A DNA stretch of 64,000 nt, from positions 260,152,001-260,216,000 of the forward strand of contig OZ024741.1 in assembly GCA_964016885.1 (NCBI GenBank), in the 5' to 3' direction. A program made the translations under genes and the position numbers. Under the pieces are notes generated by a model. That model saw only the letters and a program-made list of their open reading frames with translations, was not told the DNA's origin and searched no databases. Source of the DNA: Eledone cirrhosa (taxonomy: Eukaryota). This document shows, piece by piece, positions 49,201 through 61,200 of this stretch (the stretch's first letter is position 1; every line of letters begins with the position of its first letter).

Positions 49201-52200
49201 TTGTTGTAGTTGTTGCTGTTTTCTTTGTCTGTGCCAGTGTTGTAGTTGTTGCTGTTTTCTCTGTCAGTGCCAGTGTTGTTGTTGTTGCTGTTTTCTCTGT
49301 CAGTGCCAGTGTTGTTGTTGTTGTTGCTATTTTCACTGTCAGTGCCAGTGTTGTTGTTGTTACTGTTGCTGTTTTCTGTGTCAGTGCCAGTGTTGTTGTA
49401 GTTGTTGCTGTTTTCTGTGTCAGTGCCAGTGTTGTTGTAGTTGTTGCTGTTTTCTGTGTCAGTGCCAGTGTTGTTGTAGTTGTTGCTGTTTTCTCTGTCA
49501 GTGCCAGTGTTGTTGTTGTTGTTGCTGTTTTCTCTGTCAGTGCCAGTGTTGTAGTTGTTGCTGTTTTCTCTGTCAGTGCCAGTGTTGTTGTAGTTGTTGC
49601 TGTTTTCTGTGTCAGTGCCAGTGTTGTTGTAGTTGCTGTTTTCTGTGTCAGTGCCACTGTTGTTGTTGCTGTTTTCTGTGTCAGTGCCAGTGTTGTTGTT
49701 GTTGCTATTTTCACTGTCAGTGCCAGTGTTGTTGCTGTTGCTGTTTTCTCTGTCAGTGCCAGTGATGTTGCTGTTGTTGCTGTTTTCTGTGTTAGTGCCA
49801 GTGTTGTTGTAGTTGTTGCTGTTTTCTGTGTCAGTGCCAGTGTTGTTGTTGTTGCTGTTTTCTCTGTCCGTGCCAGTGTTGTTGTAGTTGTTGCTGTTTT
49901 CTCTGTCAGTGCCAGTGTTGTTGTAGTTGTTGCTGTTTTCTGTGTCAGTGCCGGTGTTGTTGTTGTTGCTGTTTTCTCTGTCAGTGCCAGTGTTGTTGTT
50001 GTTGCTGTTTTCTCTGTCAGTACCAGTGTTTTTGTTGTTGCTGTTTTCTGTGTCAGTGCCAGTGTTGTTGTAGTTGTTGCTGTTTTCTGTGTCAGTGCCA
50101 GTGTTGTTGTAGTTGTTGCTTTTTTCAGTGTCAGTGCCAGTGTTGTTGTAGTTGTTGCTGTTTTCTCTGTCAGTGCCAGTGTTGTTGTAGTTGTTGCTGT
50201 TTTCTCTGTCAGTGCCAGTGTTGTTGTAGTTGTTGCTGTTTTCTGTGTCAGTGCCAGTGTTGTTGTTGTTGCTGTTTTCTCTGTCAGTGCCAGTGTTGTT
50301 GTAGTTGTTGCTGTTTTCTGTGTCAGTGCCAGTGTTGTTGTAGCTGTTGCTGTTTTCTCTGTCAGTGCCAGTGTTGTTGTAGTTGTTGCTGTTTTCTGTG
50401 TCAGTGCCAGTGTTGTTGTTGCTGTTTTCTCTGTCAGTGCCAGTGTTGTTGTAGTTGTTGCTGTTTTCTCTGTCAGTGTCAGTTTTGTTGTAGTTGTTGC
50501 TGTTTTCTGTGTCAGTGCCAGTGTTGTTGTAGTTGTTGCTGTTTTCTTTGTCAGTGCCAGTGTTGTTGTTGTTGCTGTTTTCTCTGTCAGTGTCAGTGTT
50601 GTAGTTGTTGCTGTTTTCTCTGTCAGTGCCAGTGTTGTTGTTGTTGTTGCTGTTTTCTCTGTCAGTGCCAGTGTTGTTGTTGTTGCTATTTTCACTGTCA
50701 GTGCCAGTGTTGTTGTTGTTGCTATTTTCACTGTCAGTGCCAGTGTTGTTGCTGTTGCTGTTTTCTCTGTCAGTGCCAGTGATGTTGTAGTTGTTGCTGT
50801 TTTCTGTGTTAGTGCCAGTGTTGTTGTAGTTGTTGCTGTTTTCTGTGTCAGTGCCAGTGTTGTTGCTGTTGCTGTTTTCTCTGTCAGTGCCAGTGTTGTT
50901 GTAGTTGTTGCTGCTTTCTCTGTCAGTGCCAGTGTTGTTGTAGTTGTTTCTGTTTTCTGTGTCAGTGCCAGTGTTGTTGTTGTTGCTGTTTTCTCTGTCA
51001 GTGCCAGTGTTGTTGTAGTTGTTGCTGTTTTCTGTGTCAGTGCCACTGTTGTTGTTGCTGTTTTCTGTGTCTGTGCCAGTGTTGTTGTTGTTGCTGTTTT
51101 CTCTGTCAATGTCAGTGTTGTTGTTGCTGTTTTCTCTGTCAGTGCCAGTGTTGTTGTTGTTGCTGTTTTCTGTGTCAGTGCCAGTGTTGTTGTAGTTGTT
51201 GCTGTTTTCTGATGTCAGTGCCAGTGTTGTTCTAGTTGTTGCTGTTTTCTCTGTCAGTGCCAGTGTTGTTGTAGTTGTTACTGTTTTCTGTGTCAGTGCC
51301 AGTGTTGTTGTAGTTGTTGCTGTTTTCTCTGTCAGTGCCAGTGTTGTTGTTGTTGTTGCTGTTTTCTCTGTCAGTGCCAGTGTTGTTGCTGTTTTCTCTG
51401 TCAGTGCCAGTGATGTTGTAGTTGTTGCTGTTTTCTGTGTTAGTGCCAGTGTTGTTGTAGTTGTTGCTGTTTTCTGTGTCAGTGCCAGTGTTGTTGTTGT
51501 TGTTGCTGTTTTCTCTGTCAGTGCCAGTGTTGTTGTAGTTGTTGCTGCTTTCTCTGTCAGTGCCAGTGTTGTTGTAGTTGTTGCTGTTTTGTGTGTCAGT
51601 GCCAGTGTTGTTGTTGTTGCTGTTTTCTGTGTCAGTGCCAGTGTTGTTGTAGTTGTTGCTGTTTTCTGTGTCAGTGCCACTGTTGTTGTTGCTGTTTTCT
51701 GTGTCAGTGCCAGTGTTGTTGTTGTTGCTGTTTTCTCTGTCAGTGCCAGTGTTGTTGTTGTTGCTGTTTTCTGTGTCAGTGCCATTGTTATTGCTGTTGT
51801 TGCTGTATTCTGTGTCAGTGCCAGTGTTGTTGTTGCTGTTGTTGCTGTTTTCTGTGTCAGTGCCAGTGTTGTTGCTGTTGCTGTTTTCTCTGTCAGTGCC
51901 AGTGTTGTTGTAGTTGTTGCTGTTTTCTCTGTCAGTGCCAGTGTTGTAGTTGTTGCTGTTTTCTGTATCAGTGCCAGTGTTGTTGTTGTTGCTGTTTTCT
52001 CTGTCAGTGCCAGTGTTGTTGTAGTTGTTGCTGTTTTCTCTGTCAGTACCGGTGTTGTTGTTGTTGCTGTTTTCTCTGTCAGTGCCAGTGTTGTTGTTGT
52101 TGCTGTTTTCTGTGTCAGTGCCAGTGTTGTTGTTGTTGCTGTTTTCTGTGTCAGTGCCAGTGTTGTTGTAGTTGTTGCTGTTTTCTGTGTCAGTGCCAGT

Positions 52201-55200
52201 GTTGTTTTATTTGTTGCTGTTTTCTGTGTCAGTGCCAGTGTTGTTGTAGTTGTTGCTGTTTTCTCTGTCAGTGCCAGTGTTGTTGTAGTTGTTGCTGTTT
52301 TCTGTGTCAGTGCCAGTGTTGTTGTAGTTCTTGCTGTTTTCTCTGTGAGTGCCAGTGTTGTAGTTGTTGCTGTTTTCTCTGTCAGTGCCAGTGTTGTTGT
52401 AGTTGTTGCTGTTTTCTCTGTCAGTGCCAGTTTTGTTGTAGTTGTTGCTGTTTTCTGTGTCAGTGCCAGTGTTGTTGTAGTTGTTGCTGTTTTCTCTGTC
52501 AGTGCCAGTGTTGTTGTTGTTGTTGCTGTTTTCTCTGTCAGTGTTGTTGTTGTTGCTATTTTCACTGTCAGTGCCAGTGTTGTTGTTGTTGCTGTTTTCT
52601 GTGTCAGTGCCAGTGTTGTTGTTGTTGTTGCTGTTTTCTGTGTCAGTGCCAGTGTTGTTGTTGTTACTGTTGCTGTTTTCTGTGTCAGTGCCAGTCTTGT
52701 TGTTGTTACTGTTGCTGTTTTCTGTGCCAGTGCCAGTGTTATTGTTGCTGTTGTTGCTGTTTTCTGTGTCAGTGCCACTGTTGTTGTTGCTGTTTTCTGT
52801 GTCAGTGCCAGTGTTGTTGTTGCTGTTTTCTGTGTCAGTGCCAGTGTTGTTGTTGCTGTTTTCCGTGCCAGTGTTGTTGTAGTTGTTGCTGTTTTCTGTG
52901 TCAGTGCCAGTGTTCTTGCTGTTGCTGTTTTCTGTGTCAGTGCCAGTGTTGTTGTTGTTACTGTTGCTGTTTTCTGTGTCAGTGCCAGTGTTGTTGTTGT
53001 TGTTGCTGTTGCTGTTTTCTGTGCCAGTGCCAGTGTTATTGTTGCTGTTGTTGCAGTTTCTCTGTCAGTGACAGTGTTGTTGTAGTTGTTGCTGTTTTCT
53101 CTGTCAGTGCCAGTGTTGTTGTAGTTGTTGCTGTTTTCTGTGTCAGTGCCAGTGTTGTTGTAGTTGTTGCTGTTTTCTCTGTCAGTGCCAGTGTTGTTGT
53201 TGTTGCTGCTTTCTCTGTCAGTGCCAGTGTTGTAGTTGTTGCTGTTTTCTCTGTCAGTGCCAGTGTTGTTGTTGTTGCTGTTTTCTCTGTCAGTGCCAGT
53301 GTTGTAGTTGTTGCTGTTTTCTCTGTCAGTGCCAGTGTTGTTGTTGTTGCTGTTTTCTCTGTCAATGCCAGTGTTGTTGTTGTTGCTATTTTCACTGTCA
53401 GTGCCAGAGTTGTTGTTGTTACTGTTGCTGTTTTCTGTGCCAGTGTTGTTGTAGCTGTTGCTGTTTTCTGTGTCAGCGCCAGTGTTTTTGTAGTTGTTGC
53501 TGTTTACTGTGTCAGTGCCAGTGTTGTTGTAGTTGTTGCTGTTTTCTCTGTCAATGCCAGTGTTGTTGTAGTTGTTGCTGTTTTCTCTGTCAGTGCCAGT
53601 GTTGTTGTAGTTGTTGCTGTTTTCTGTGTCAGTGCCAGAGTTGTTGTTGTTGCTGTTTTCTCTGTCAGTGCCAGTGTTGTTGTAGTTGTTGCTGTTTTCT
53701 CTGTCAGTGCCAGTGTTGTTGTAGTTGTTGCTGTTTTCTGTGTCAGTGCCAGTGTTGTTGTAGTTGTTGCTGTTTTCTCTGTCAGTGCCAGTGTTGTTGT
53801 TGTTGTTGCTGTTTTCTCTGTCAGTGCCAGTGTTGTAGTTGTTGCTGTTTTCTCTGTCAGTGCCAGTGTTGTTGTAGTTGTTGCTGTTTTCTGTGTCAGT
53901 GCCAGTGTTGTTGTTGTTGCTGTTTTCTGTGTCAGTGCCAGTGTTGTTGTTGTTGTTGCTATTTTCACTGTCAGTGCCAGTGTTGTTGCTGTTGATGTTT
54001 TCTCTGTCAGTGCCAGTGATGTTGTAGTTGTTGCTGTTTTCTGTGTTAGTGCCAGTGTTGTTGTAGTTGTTGCTGTTTTCTGTGTCAGTGCCAGTGTTGT
54101 TGTTGTTGTTGCTGTTTTCTCTGTCAGTGCCAGTGTTGTTGTAGTTGTTGCTGCTTTCTCTGTCAGTGCCAGTGTTGTTGTAGTTGCTGCTGTTTTCTGT
54201 GTCAGTGCCAGTGTTGTTGTTGTTGCTGTTTTCTCTGTCAGTGCCAGTGTTGTTGTAGTTGTTGCTGTTTTCTGTGTCAGTGCCACTGTTGTTGTTGCTG
54301 TTTTCTGTGTCAGTGCCAGTGTTGTTGTTGTTGCTGTTTTCTCTGTCAGTGCCAGTGTTGTTTTTGCAGTTTTCTCTGTCAGTGCCAGTGTTGTTGTTGT
54401 TGCTGTTTTCTGTGTCAGTGCCATTGTTATTGCTGTTGTTGTTGTTTTCTGTGTCAGTGCCAGTGTTGTAGTTGTTGCTGTTTTCTCTGTCAGTGCCAGT
54501 GTTGTTGTTGTTGCTGTTTTCTCTGTCAATGCCAGTGTTGTTGTTGTTGCTATTTTCACTGTCAGTGCCAGAGTTGTTGTTGTTACTGTTGCTGTTTTCT
54601 GTGCCAGTGTTGTTGTAGCTGTTGCTGTTTTCTGTGTCAGTGCCAGTGTTGTTGTAGTTGTTGCTGTTTACTGTGTCAGTGCCAGTGTTGTTGTAGTTGT
54701 TGCTGTTTTCTCTGTCAATGCCAGTGTTGTTGTAGTTGTTGCTGTTTTCTCTGTCAGTGCCAGTGTTGTTGTAGTTGTTGCTGTTTTCTGTGTCAGTGCC
54801 AGTGTTGTTGTTGTTGCTGTTTTCTGTGTCAGTGCCAGTGTTGTTGTTGTTGCTGTTTTCTGTGTCAGTGCCAGTGTTGTTGTAGTTGTTGCTGTTTTCT
54901 GTGTCAGTGCCAGTGTTGTTTTAGTTGTTGCTGTTTTCTGTGTCAGTGCCAGTGTTGTTGTAGTTGTTGCTGTTTTCTCTGTCAGTGCCAGTGTTGTTGT
55001 AGTTGTTGCTGTTTTCTGTGTCAGTGCCAGTGTTGTTGTAGTTGTTGCTGTTTTCTCTGTGAGTGCCAGTGTTGTAGTTGTTGCTGTTTTCTCTGTCAGT
55101 GCCAGTGTTGTTGTAGTTGTTGCTGTTTTCTCTGTCAGTGCCAGTTTTGTTGTAGTTGTTGCTGTTTTCTGTGTCAGTGCCAGTGTTGTTGTAGTTGTTG

Positions 55201-58200
55201 CTGTTTTCTCTGTCAGTGCCAGTGTTGTTGTTGTTGTTGCTATTTTCTCTGTCAGTGTTGTTGTTGTTGCTATTTTCACGGTCAGTGCCAGTGTTGTTGT
55301 TGTTGCTGTTTTCTGTGTCAGTGCCAGTGTTGTTGTTGTTATTGCTGTTTTCTGTGTCAGTGCCAGTGTTGTTGTTGTTACTGTTGCTGTTTTCTGTGTC
55401 AGTGCCAGTCTTGTTGTTGTTACTGTTGCTGTTTTCTGTGCCAGTGCCAGTGTTATTGTTGCTGTTGTTGCTGTTTTCTGTGTCAGTGCCACTGTTGTTG
55501 TTGCTGTTTTCTGTGTCAGTGCCAGTGTTGTTGTTGCTGTTTTCTGTGTCAGTGCCAGTGTTGTTGTTGCTGTTTTCCGTGCCAGTGTTGTTGTAGTTGT
55601 TGCTGTTTTCTGTGTCAGTGCCAGTGTTCTTGCTGTTGCTGTTTTCTGTGTCAGTGCCAGTGTTGTTGTTGTTACTGTTGCTGTTTTCTGTGTCAGTGCC
55701 AGTGTTGTTGTTGTTGTTGCTGTTGCTGTTTTCTGTGCCAGTGCCAGTGTTATTGTTGCTGTTGTTGCTGTTTCTCTGTCAGTGACAGTGTTGTTGTAGT
55801 TGTTGCTGTTTTCTCTGTCAGTGCCAGTGTTGTTGTAGTTGTTGCTGTTTTCTGTGTCAGTGCCAGTGTTGTTGTAGTTGTTGCTGTTTTCTCTGTCAGT
55901 GCCAGTGTTGTTGTTGTTGGTGCTTTCTCTGTCAGTGCCAGTGTTGTAGTTGTTGCTGTTTTCTCTGTCAGTGCAAGTGTTGTTGTTGTTGCTGTTTTCT
56001 CTGTCAGTGCCAGTGTTGTAGTTGTTGCTGTTTTCTCTGTCAGTGCCAGTGTTGTTGTTGTTGCTGTTTTCTCTGTCAATGCCAGTGTTGTTGTTGTTGC
56101 TATTTTCACTGTCAGTGCCAGAGTTGTTGTTGTTACTGTTGCTGTTTTCTGTGCCAGTGTTGTTGTAGTTGTTGCTGTTTTCTGTGTCAGTGCCAGTGTT
56201 GTTGTTGTTGCTGTTTTCTCTGTCAGTGCCAGTGTTGTTGTAGTTGTTGCTGTTTTCTCTGTCAGTGCCAGTGTTGTTGTAGTTGTTGCTGTTTTCTGTG
56301 TCAGTGCCAGTGTTGTTGTAGTTGTTGCTGTTTTCTCTGTCAGTGCCAGTGTTGTTGTTGTTGTTGCTGTTTTCTCTGTCAGTGCCAGTGTTGTAGTTGT
56401 TGCTGTTTTCTCTGTCAGTGCCAGTGTTGTTGTAGTTGTTGCTGTTTTCTGTGTCAGTGCCAGTGTTGTTGTTGTTGCTGTTTTCTGTGTCAGTGCCAGT
56501 GTTGTTGTTGTTGTTGCTATTTTCACTGTCAGTGCCAGTGTTGTTGCTGTTGATGTTTTCTCTGTCAGTGCCAGTGATGTTGTAGTTGTTGCTGTTTTCT
56601 GTGTTAGTGCCAGTGTTGTTGTAGTTGTTGCTGTTTTCTGTGTCAGTGCCAGTGTTGTTGTTGTTGTTGCTGTTTTCTCTGTCAGTGCCAGTGTTGTTGT
56701 AGTTGTTGCTGCTTTCTCTGTCAGTGCCAGTGTTGTTGTAGTTGCTGCTGTTTTCTGTGTCAGTGCCAGTGTTGTTGTTGTTGCTGTTTTCTCTGTCAGT
56801 GCCAGTGTTGTTGTAGTTGTTGCTGTTTTCTGTGTCAGTGCCACTGTTGTTGTTGCTGTTTTCTGTGTCAGTGCCAGTGTTGTTGTTGTTGCTCTTTTCT
56901 CTGTCAGTGCCAGTGTTGTTTTTGCAGTTTTCTCTGTCAGTGCCAGTGTTGTTGTTGTTGCTGTTTTCTGTGTCAGTGCCATTGTTATTGCTGTTGTTGC
57001 TGTTTTCTGTGTCAGTGCCAGTGTTGTTGTTGCTGTTGTTGCTGTTTTCTGTGTCAGTGCCAGTGTTGTTGCTGTTGCTGTTTTCTCTGTCAGTGCCAGT
57101 GTTGTTGTAGTTGTTGCTGTTTTCTCTGTCAGTGCCAGTGTTGTAGTTGTTGCTGTTTTCTGTGTCAGTGCCAGTGTTGTTGTTGTTGCTGTTTTCTCTG
57201 TCAGTGCCAGTGTTGTTGTAGTTGTTGCTGTTTACTCTGTCAGTGCCAGTGTTGTTGTAGTTGTTGCTGTTTTCTGTGTCAGTACCGTTGTTGTTGTTGT
57301 TGCTGTTTTCTCTGTCAGTGCCAGTGTTGTTGTTGTTGCTGTTTTCTCTGTCAGTGCCAGTGTTGTTGTTGTTGCTGTTTTCTGTGTCAGTGCCAGTGTT
57401 GTTGTTGTTGCTGTTTTCTGTGTCAGTGCCAGTGGTGTTGTAGTTGTTGCTGTTTTCTGTGTCAGTGCCAGTGTTGTTTTAGTTGTTGCTGTTTTCTGTG
57501 TCAGTGCCAGTGTTGTTGTAGTTGTTGCTGTTTTCTCTGTCAGTGCCAGTGTTGTTGTAGTTGTTGCTGTTTTCTCTGTCAGTGCCAGTGTTGTTGTAGT
57601 TGTTGCTGTTTTCTGTGTCAGTGCCAGTGTTGTTGTAGTTGTTGCTGTTTTCTGTGTCAGTGTCAGTGTTGTTGTTGTTGCTGTTTTCTGTGTCAGTGCC
57701 AGTGTTGTTGTTGTTGCTGTTTTCTCTGTCAGTGCCAGTGTTGTTGCTGTTGCTATTTTCACTGTCAGTGCCAGTGTTGTTGTTGTTGCTGTTTTCTGTG
57801 TCAGTGCCAGTGTTGTTGTTGTTGCTGTTTTCTGTGTCAGTGCCAGTGTTGTTGTTGTTGCTGTTTTCTGTGTCAGTGCCAGTGTTGTTGTTGTTACTGT
57901 TGCTGTTTTCTGTGTCAGTTCTAGTGTTGCTGTTGCTGTTTTCTGTGCCAGTGCCAGTGTTACTGTTGCTGTTGTTGCTGTTTTCTGTGTCAGTGCCACG
58001 GTTGTTGTTGCTGTTGTTGCTGTTTTCTGTGTCAGTGCCAGTGTTGTTGTTGCAGTTGTTGCTGTTTTCCGTGCCAGTGTTGTTGTAGTTGTTGCTGTTT
58101 TCTGTGTCAGTGCCAGTGTTGTTGTAGTTGTTGCTGTTTTCTGTGTCAGTGCCAGTGTTGTTGTAGTTGTTGCTGTTTTCTCTGTCAGTGCCAGTGTTGT

Positions 58201-61200
58201 TGTTGTTGCTGTTTTCTCTGTCTGTGCCAGTGTTGTTGTAGTTGTTGCTGTTTTCTCTGTCAGTGCCAGTGTTGTTGTTGTTGCTGTTATCTCTGTCAGT
58301 GCCAGTGTTGTTGTAGTTGTTGCTGTTTTCTCTGTCAGTGCCAGTGTTGTTGTAGTTGTTGCTGTTTTCTGTGTCAGTGCCGGTGTTGTTGTTGTTGCTG
58401 TTTTCTCTGTCAGTGCCAGTGTTGTTGTTGTTGCTGTTTTCTGTATCAGTGCCAGTGTTGTTGTTGTTGCTGTTTTCTGTGTCAGTGCCAGTGTTGTTGT
58501 TGTTGCTGTTTTCTGTGTCAGTGCCAGTGTTGTTGTAGTTGTTGCTGTTTTCTGTGTCAGTGCCAGTGTTGTTGTAGTTGTTGCTGTTTTCTGTGTCAGT
58601 GCCAGTGTTGTTGTAATTGTTGCTGTTTTCTCTGTCAGTGCCAGTGTTGTTGTAGTTGTTGCTGTTTTCTGTGTCAGTGCCAGTGTTGTTGTTGCTGTTT
58701 TCTCTGTCAGTGTCAGTGTTGTTGTAGTTGTTGCTGTTTTCTTTGTCAGTGCCAGTGTTGTTGTTGTTGCTGTTTTCTCTGTCAGTGCCAGTGTTGTAGT
58801 TGTTGCTGTTTTCTCTGTCAGTGCCAGTGTTGTTGTTGTTGCTGTTTTCTCTGTCAATGCCAGTGTTGTTGTTGTTGCTATTTTCACTGTCAGTGCCAGT
58901 GTTGTTGTTGTTGCTATTTTCACTGTCAGTGCCAGTGTTGTTGTTGCTGTTTTCTCTGTCAGTGTCAGTGTTGTTGTAGTTGTTGCTGTTTTCTTTGTCA
59001 GTGCCAGTGTTGTTGTTGTTGCTGTTTTCTCTGTCAGTGCCAGTGTTGTAGTTGTTGCTGTTTTCTCTGTCAGTGCCAGTGTTGTTGTTGTTGCTGTTTT
59101 CTCTGTCAATGCCAGTGTTGTTGTTGTTGCTATTTTCACTGTCAGTGCCAGTGTTGTTGTTGTTGCTATTTTCACTGTCAGTGCCAGTGTTGTTGTTGTT
59201 ACTGTTGCTGTTTTCTGTGTCAGTGCCAGAGTTGTTGTTGTTACTGTTGCTGTTTTCTGTGCCAGTGTTGTTGTAGCTGTTGCTGTTTTCTGTGTCAGTG
59301 CCAGTGTTGTTGTAGTTGTTGCTGTTTACTGTGTCAGTGCCAGTGTTGTTGTAGTTGTTGCTGTTTTCTCTGTCAATGCCAGTGTTGTTGTAGTTGTTGC
59401 TGTTTTCTCTGTCAGTGCCAGTGTTGTTGTAGTTGTTGCTGTTTTCTGTGTCAGTGCCAGTGTTGTTGTTGTTGCTGTTTTCTCTGTCAGTGCCAGTGTT
59501 GTTGTAGTTGTTGCTGTTTTCTCTGTCAGTGCCAGTGTTGTTGTAGTTGTTGTAGTTGTTGCTGTTTTCTGTGTCAGTGCCAGTGTTGTTGTAGTTGTTG
59601 CTGTTTTCTCTGTCAGTGCCAGTGTTGTTGTTGTTGTTGCTGTTTTCTCTGTCAGTGCCAGTGTTGTAGTTGTTGCTGTTTTCTCTGTCAGTGCCAGTTT
59701 TGTTGTAGTTGTTGCTGTTTTCTGTGTCAGTGCCAGTGTTGTTGTAGTTGTTGCTGTTTTCTCTGTCAGTGCCAGTGTTGTTGTTGTTGTTGCTGTTTTC
59801 TCTGTCAGTGTTGTTGTTGTTGCTATTTTCACTGTCAGTGCCAGTGTTGTTGTTGTTGCTGTTTTCTGTGTCAGTGCCAGTGTTGTTGTTGTTGTTGCTG
59901 TTTTCTGTGTCAGTGCCAGTGTTGTTGTTGTTACTGTTGCTGTTTTCTGTGTCAGTGCCAGTCTTGTTGTTGTTACTGTTGCTGTTTTCTGTGCCAGTGC
60001 CAGTGTTATTGTTGCTGTTGTTGCTGTTTTCTGTGTCAGTGCCACTGTTGTTGTTGCTGTTTTCTCTATCAGTGCCAGTGTTGTTGTTGTTGCTGCTTTC
60101 TCTGTCAGTGCCAGTGTTGTTGTTGTTGCTGTTTTCTCTGTCAGTACCAGTGTTGTTGTTGTTGCTGTTTTCTCTGTCAGTGCCAGTGTTGTACTTGTTG
60201 CTGTTTTCTCTGTCAGTGCCAGTGTTGTTGTTGTTGCTGTTTTCTCTGTCAATGCCAGTGTTGTTGTTGTTGCTATTTTCACTGTCAGTGCCAGAGTTGT
60301 TGTTGTTACTGTTGCTGTTTTCTGTGCCAGTGTTGTTGTAGCTGTTGCTGTTTTCTGTGTCAGTGACAGTGTTGTTGTAGTTGTTGCTGTTTACTGTGTC
60401 AGTGCCAGTGTTGTTGTAGTTGTTGCTGTTTTCTCTGTCAATGCCAGTGTTGTTGTAGTTGTTGCTGTTTTCTCTGTCAGTGCCAGTGTTGTTGTAGTTG
60501 TTGCTGTTTTCTGTGTCAGTGCCAGTGTTGTTGTTGTTGCTGTTTTCTCTGTCAGTGCCAGTGTTGTTGTAGTTGTTGCTGTTTTCTCTGTCAGTGCCAG
60601 TGTTGTTGTAGTTGTTGCTGTTTTCTGTGTCAGTGCCAGTGTTGTTGTAGTTGTTGCTGTTTTCTCTGTCAGTGCCAGTGTTGTTGTTGTTGTTGCTGTT
60701 TTCTCTGTCAGTGCCAGTGTTGTAGTTGTTGCTGTTTTCTCTGTCAGTGCCAGTGTTGTTGTAGTTGTTGCTGTTTTCTGTGTCAGTGCCAGTGTTGTTG
60801 TTGTTGCTGTTTTCTGTGTCAGTGCCAGTGTTGTTGTTGTTGTTGCTATTTTCACTGTCAGTGCCAGTGTTGTTGCTGTTGATGTTTTCTCTGTCAGTGC
60901 CAGTGATGTTGTAGTTGTTGCTGTTTTCTGTGTTTGTGCCAGTGTTGTTGTAGTTGTTGCTGTTTTCTGTGTCAGTGCCAGTGTTCTTGTTGTTGTTGCT
61001 GTTTTCTCTGTCAGTGCCAGTGTTGTTGTAGTTGTTGCTGCTTTCTCTGTCAGTGCCAGTGTTGTTGTAGTTGCTGCTGTTTTCTGTGTCAGTGCCAGTG
61101 TTGTTGTTGTTGCTGTTTTCTCTGTCAGTGCCAGTGTTGTTGTAGTTGTTGCTGTTTTCTGTGTCAGTGCCACTGTTGTTGTTGCTGTTTTCTGTGTCAG

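Noticed and set aside
39126-52778. 4550-aa ORF as a giant mucin, adhesin or ice-binding protein
   Set aside because: It is pure repeat translation that switches register twice at frameshifts, overlaps equally long ORFs on both strands, and has no signal peptide or unique domain.
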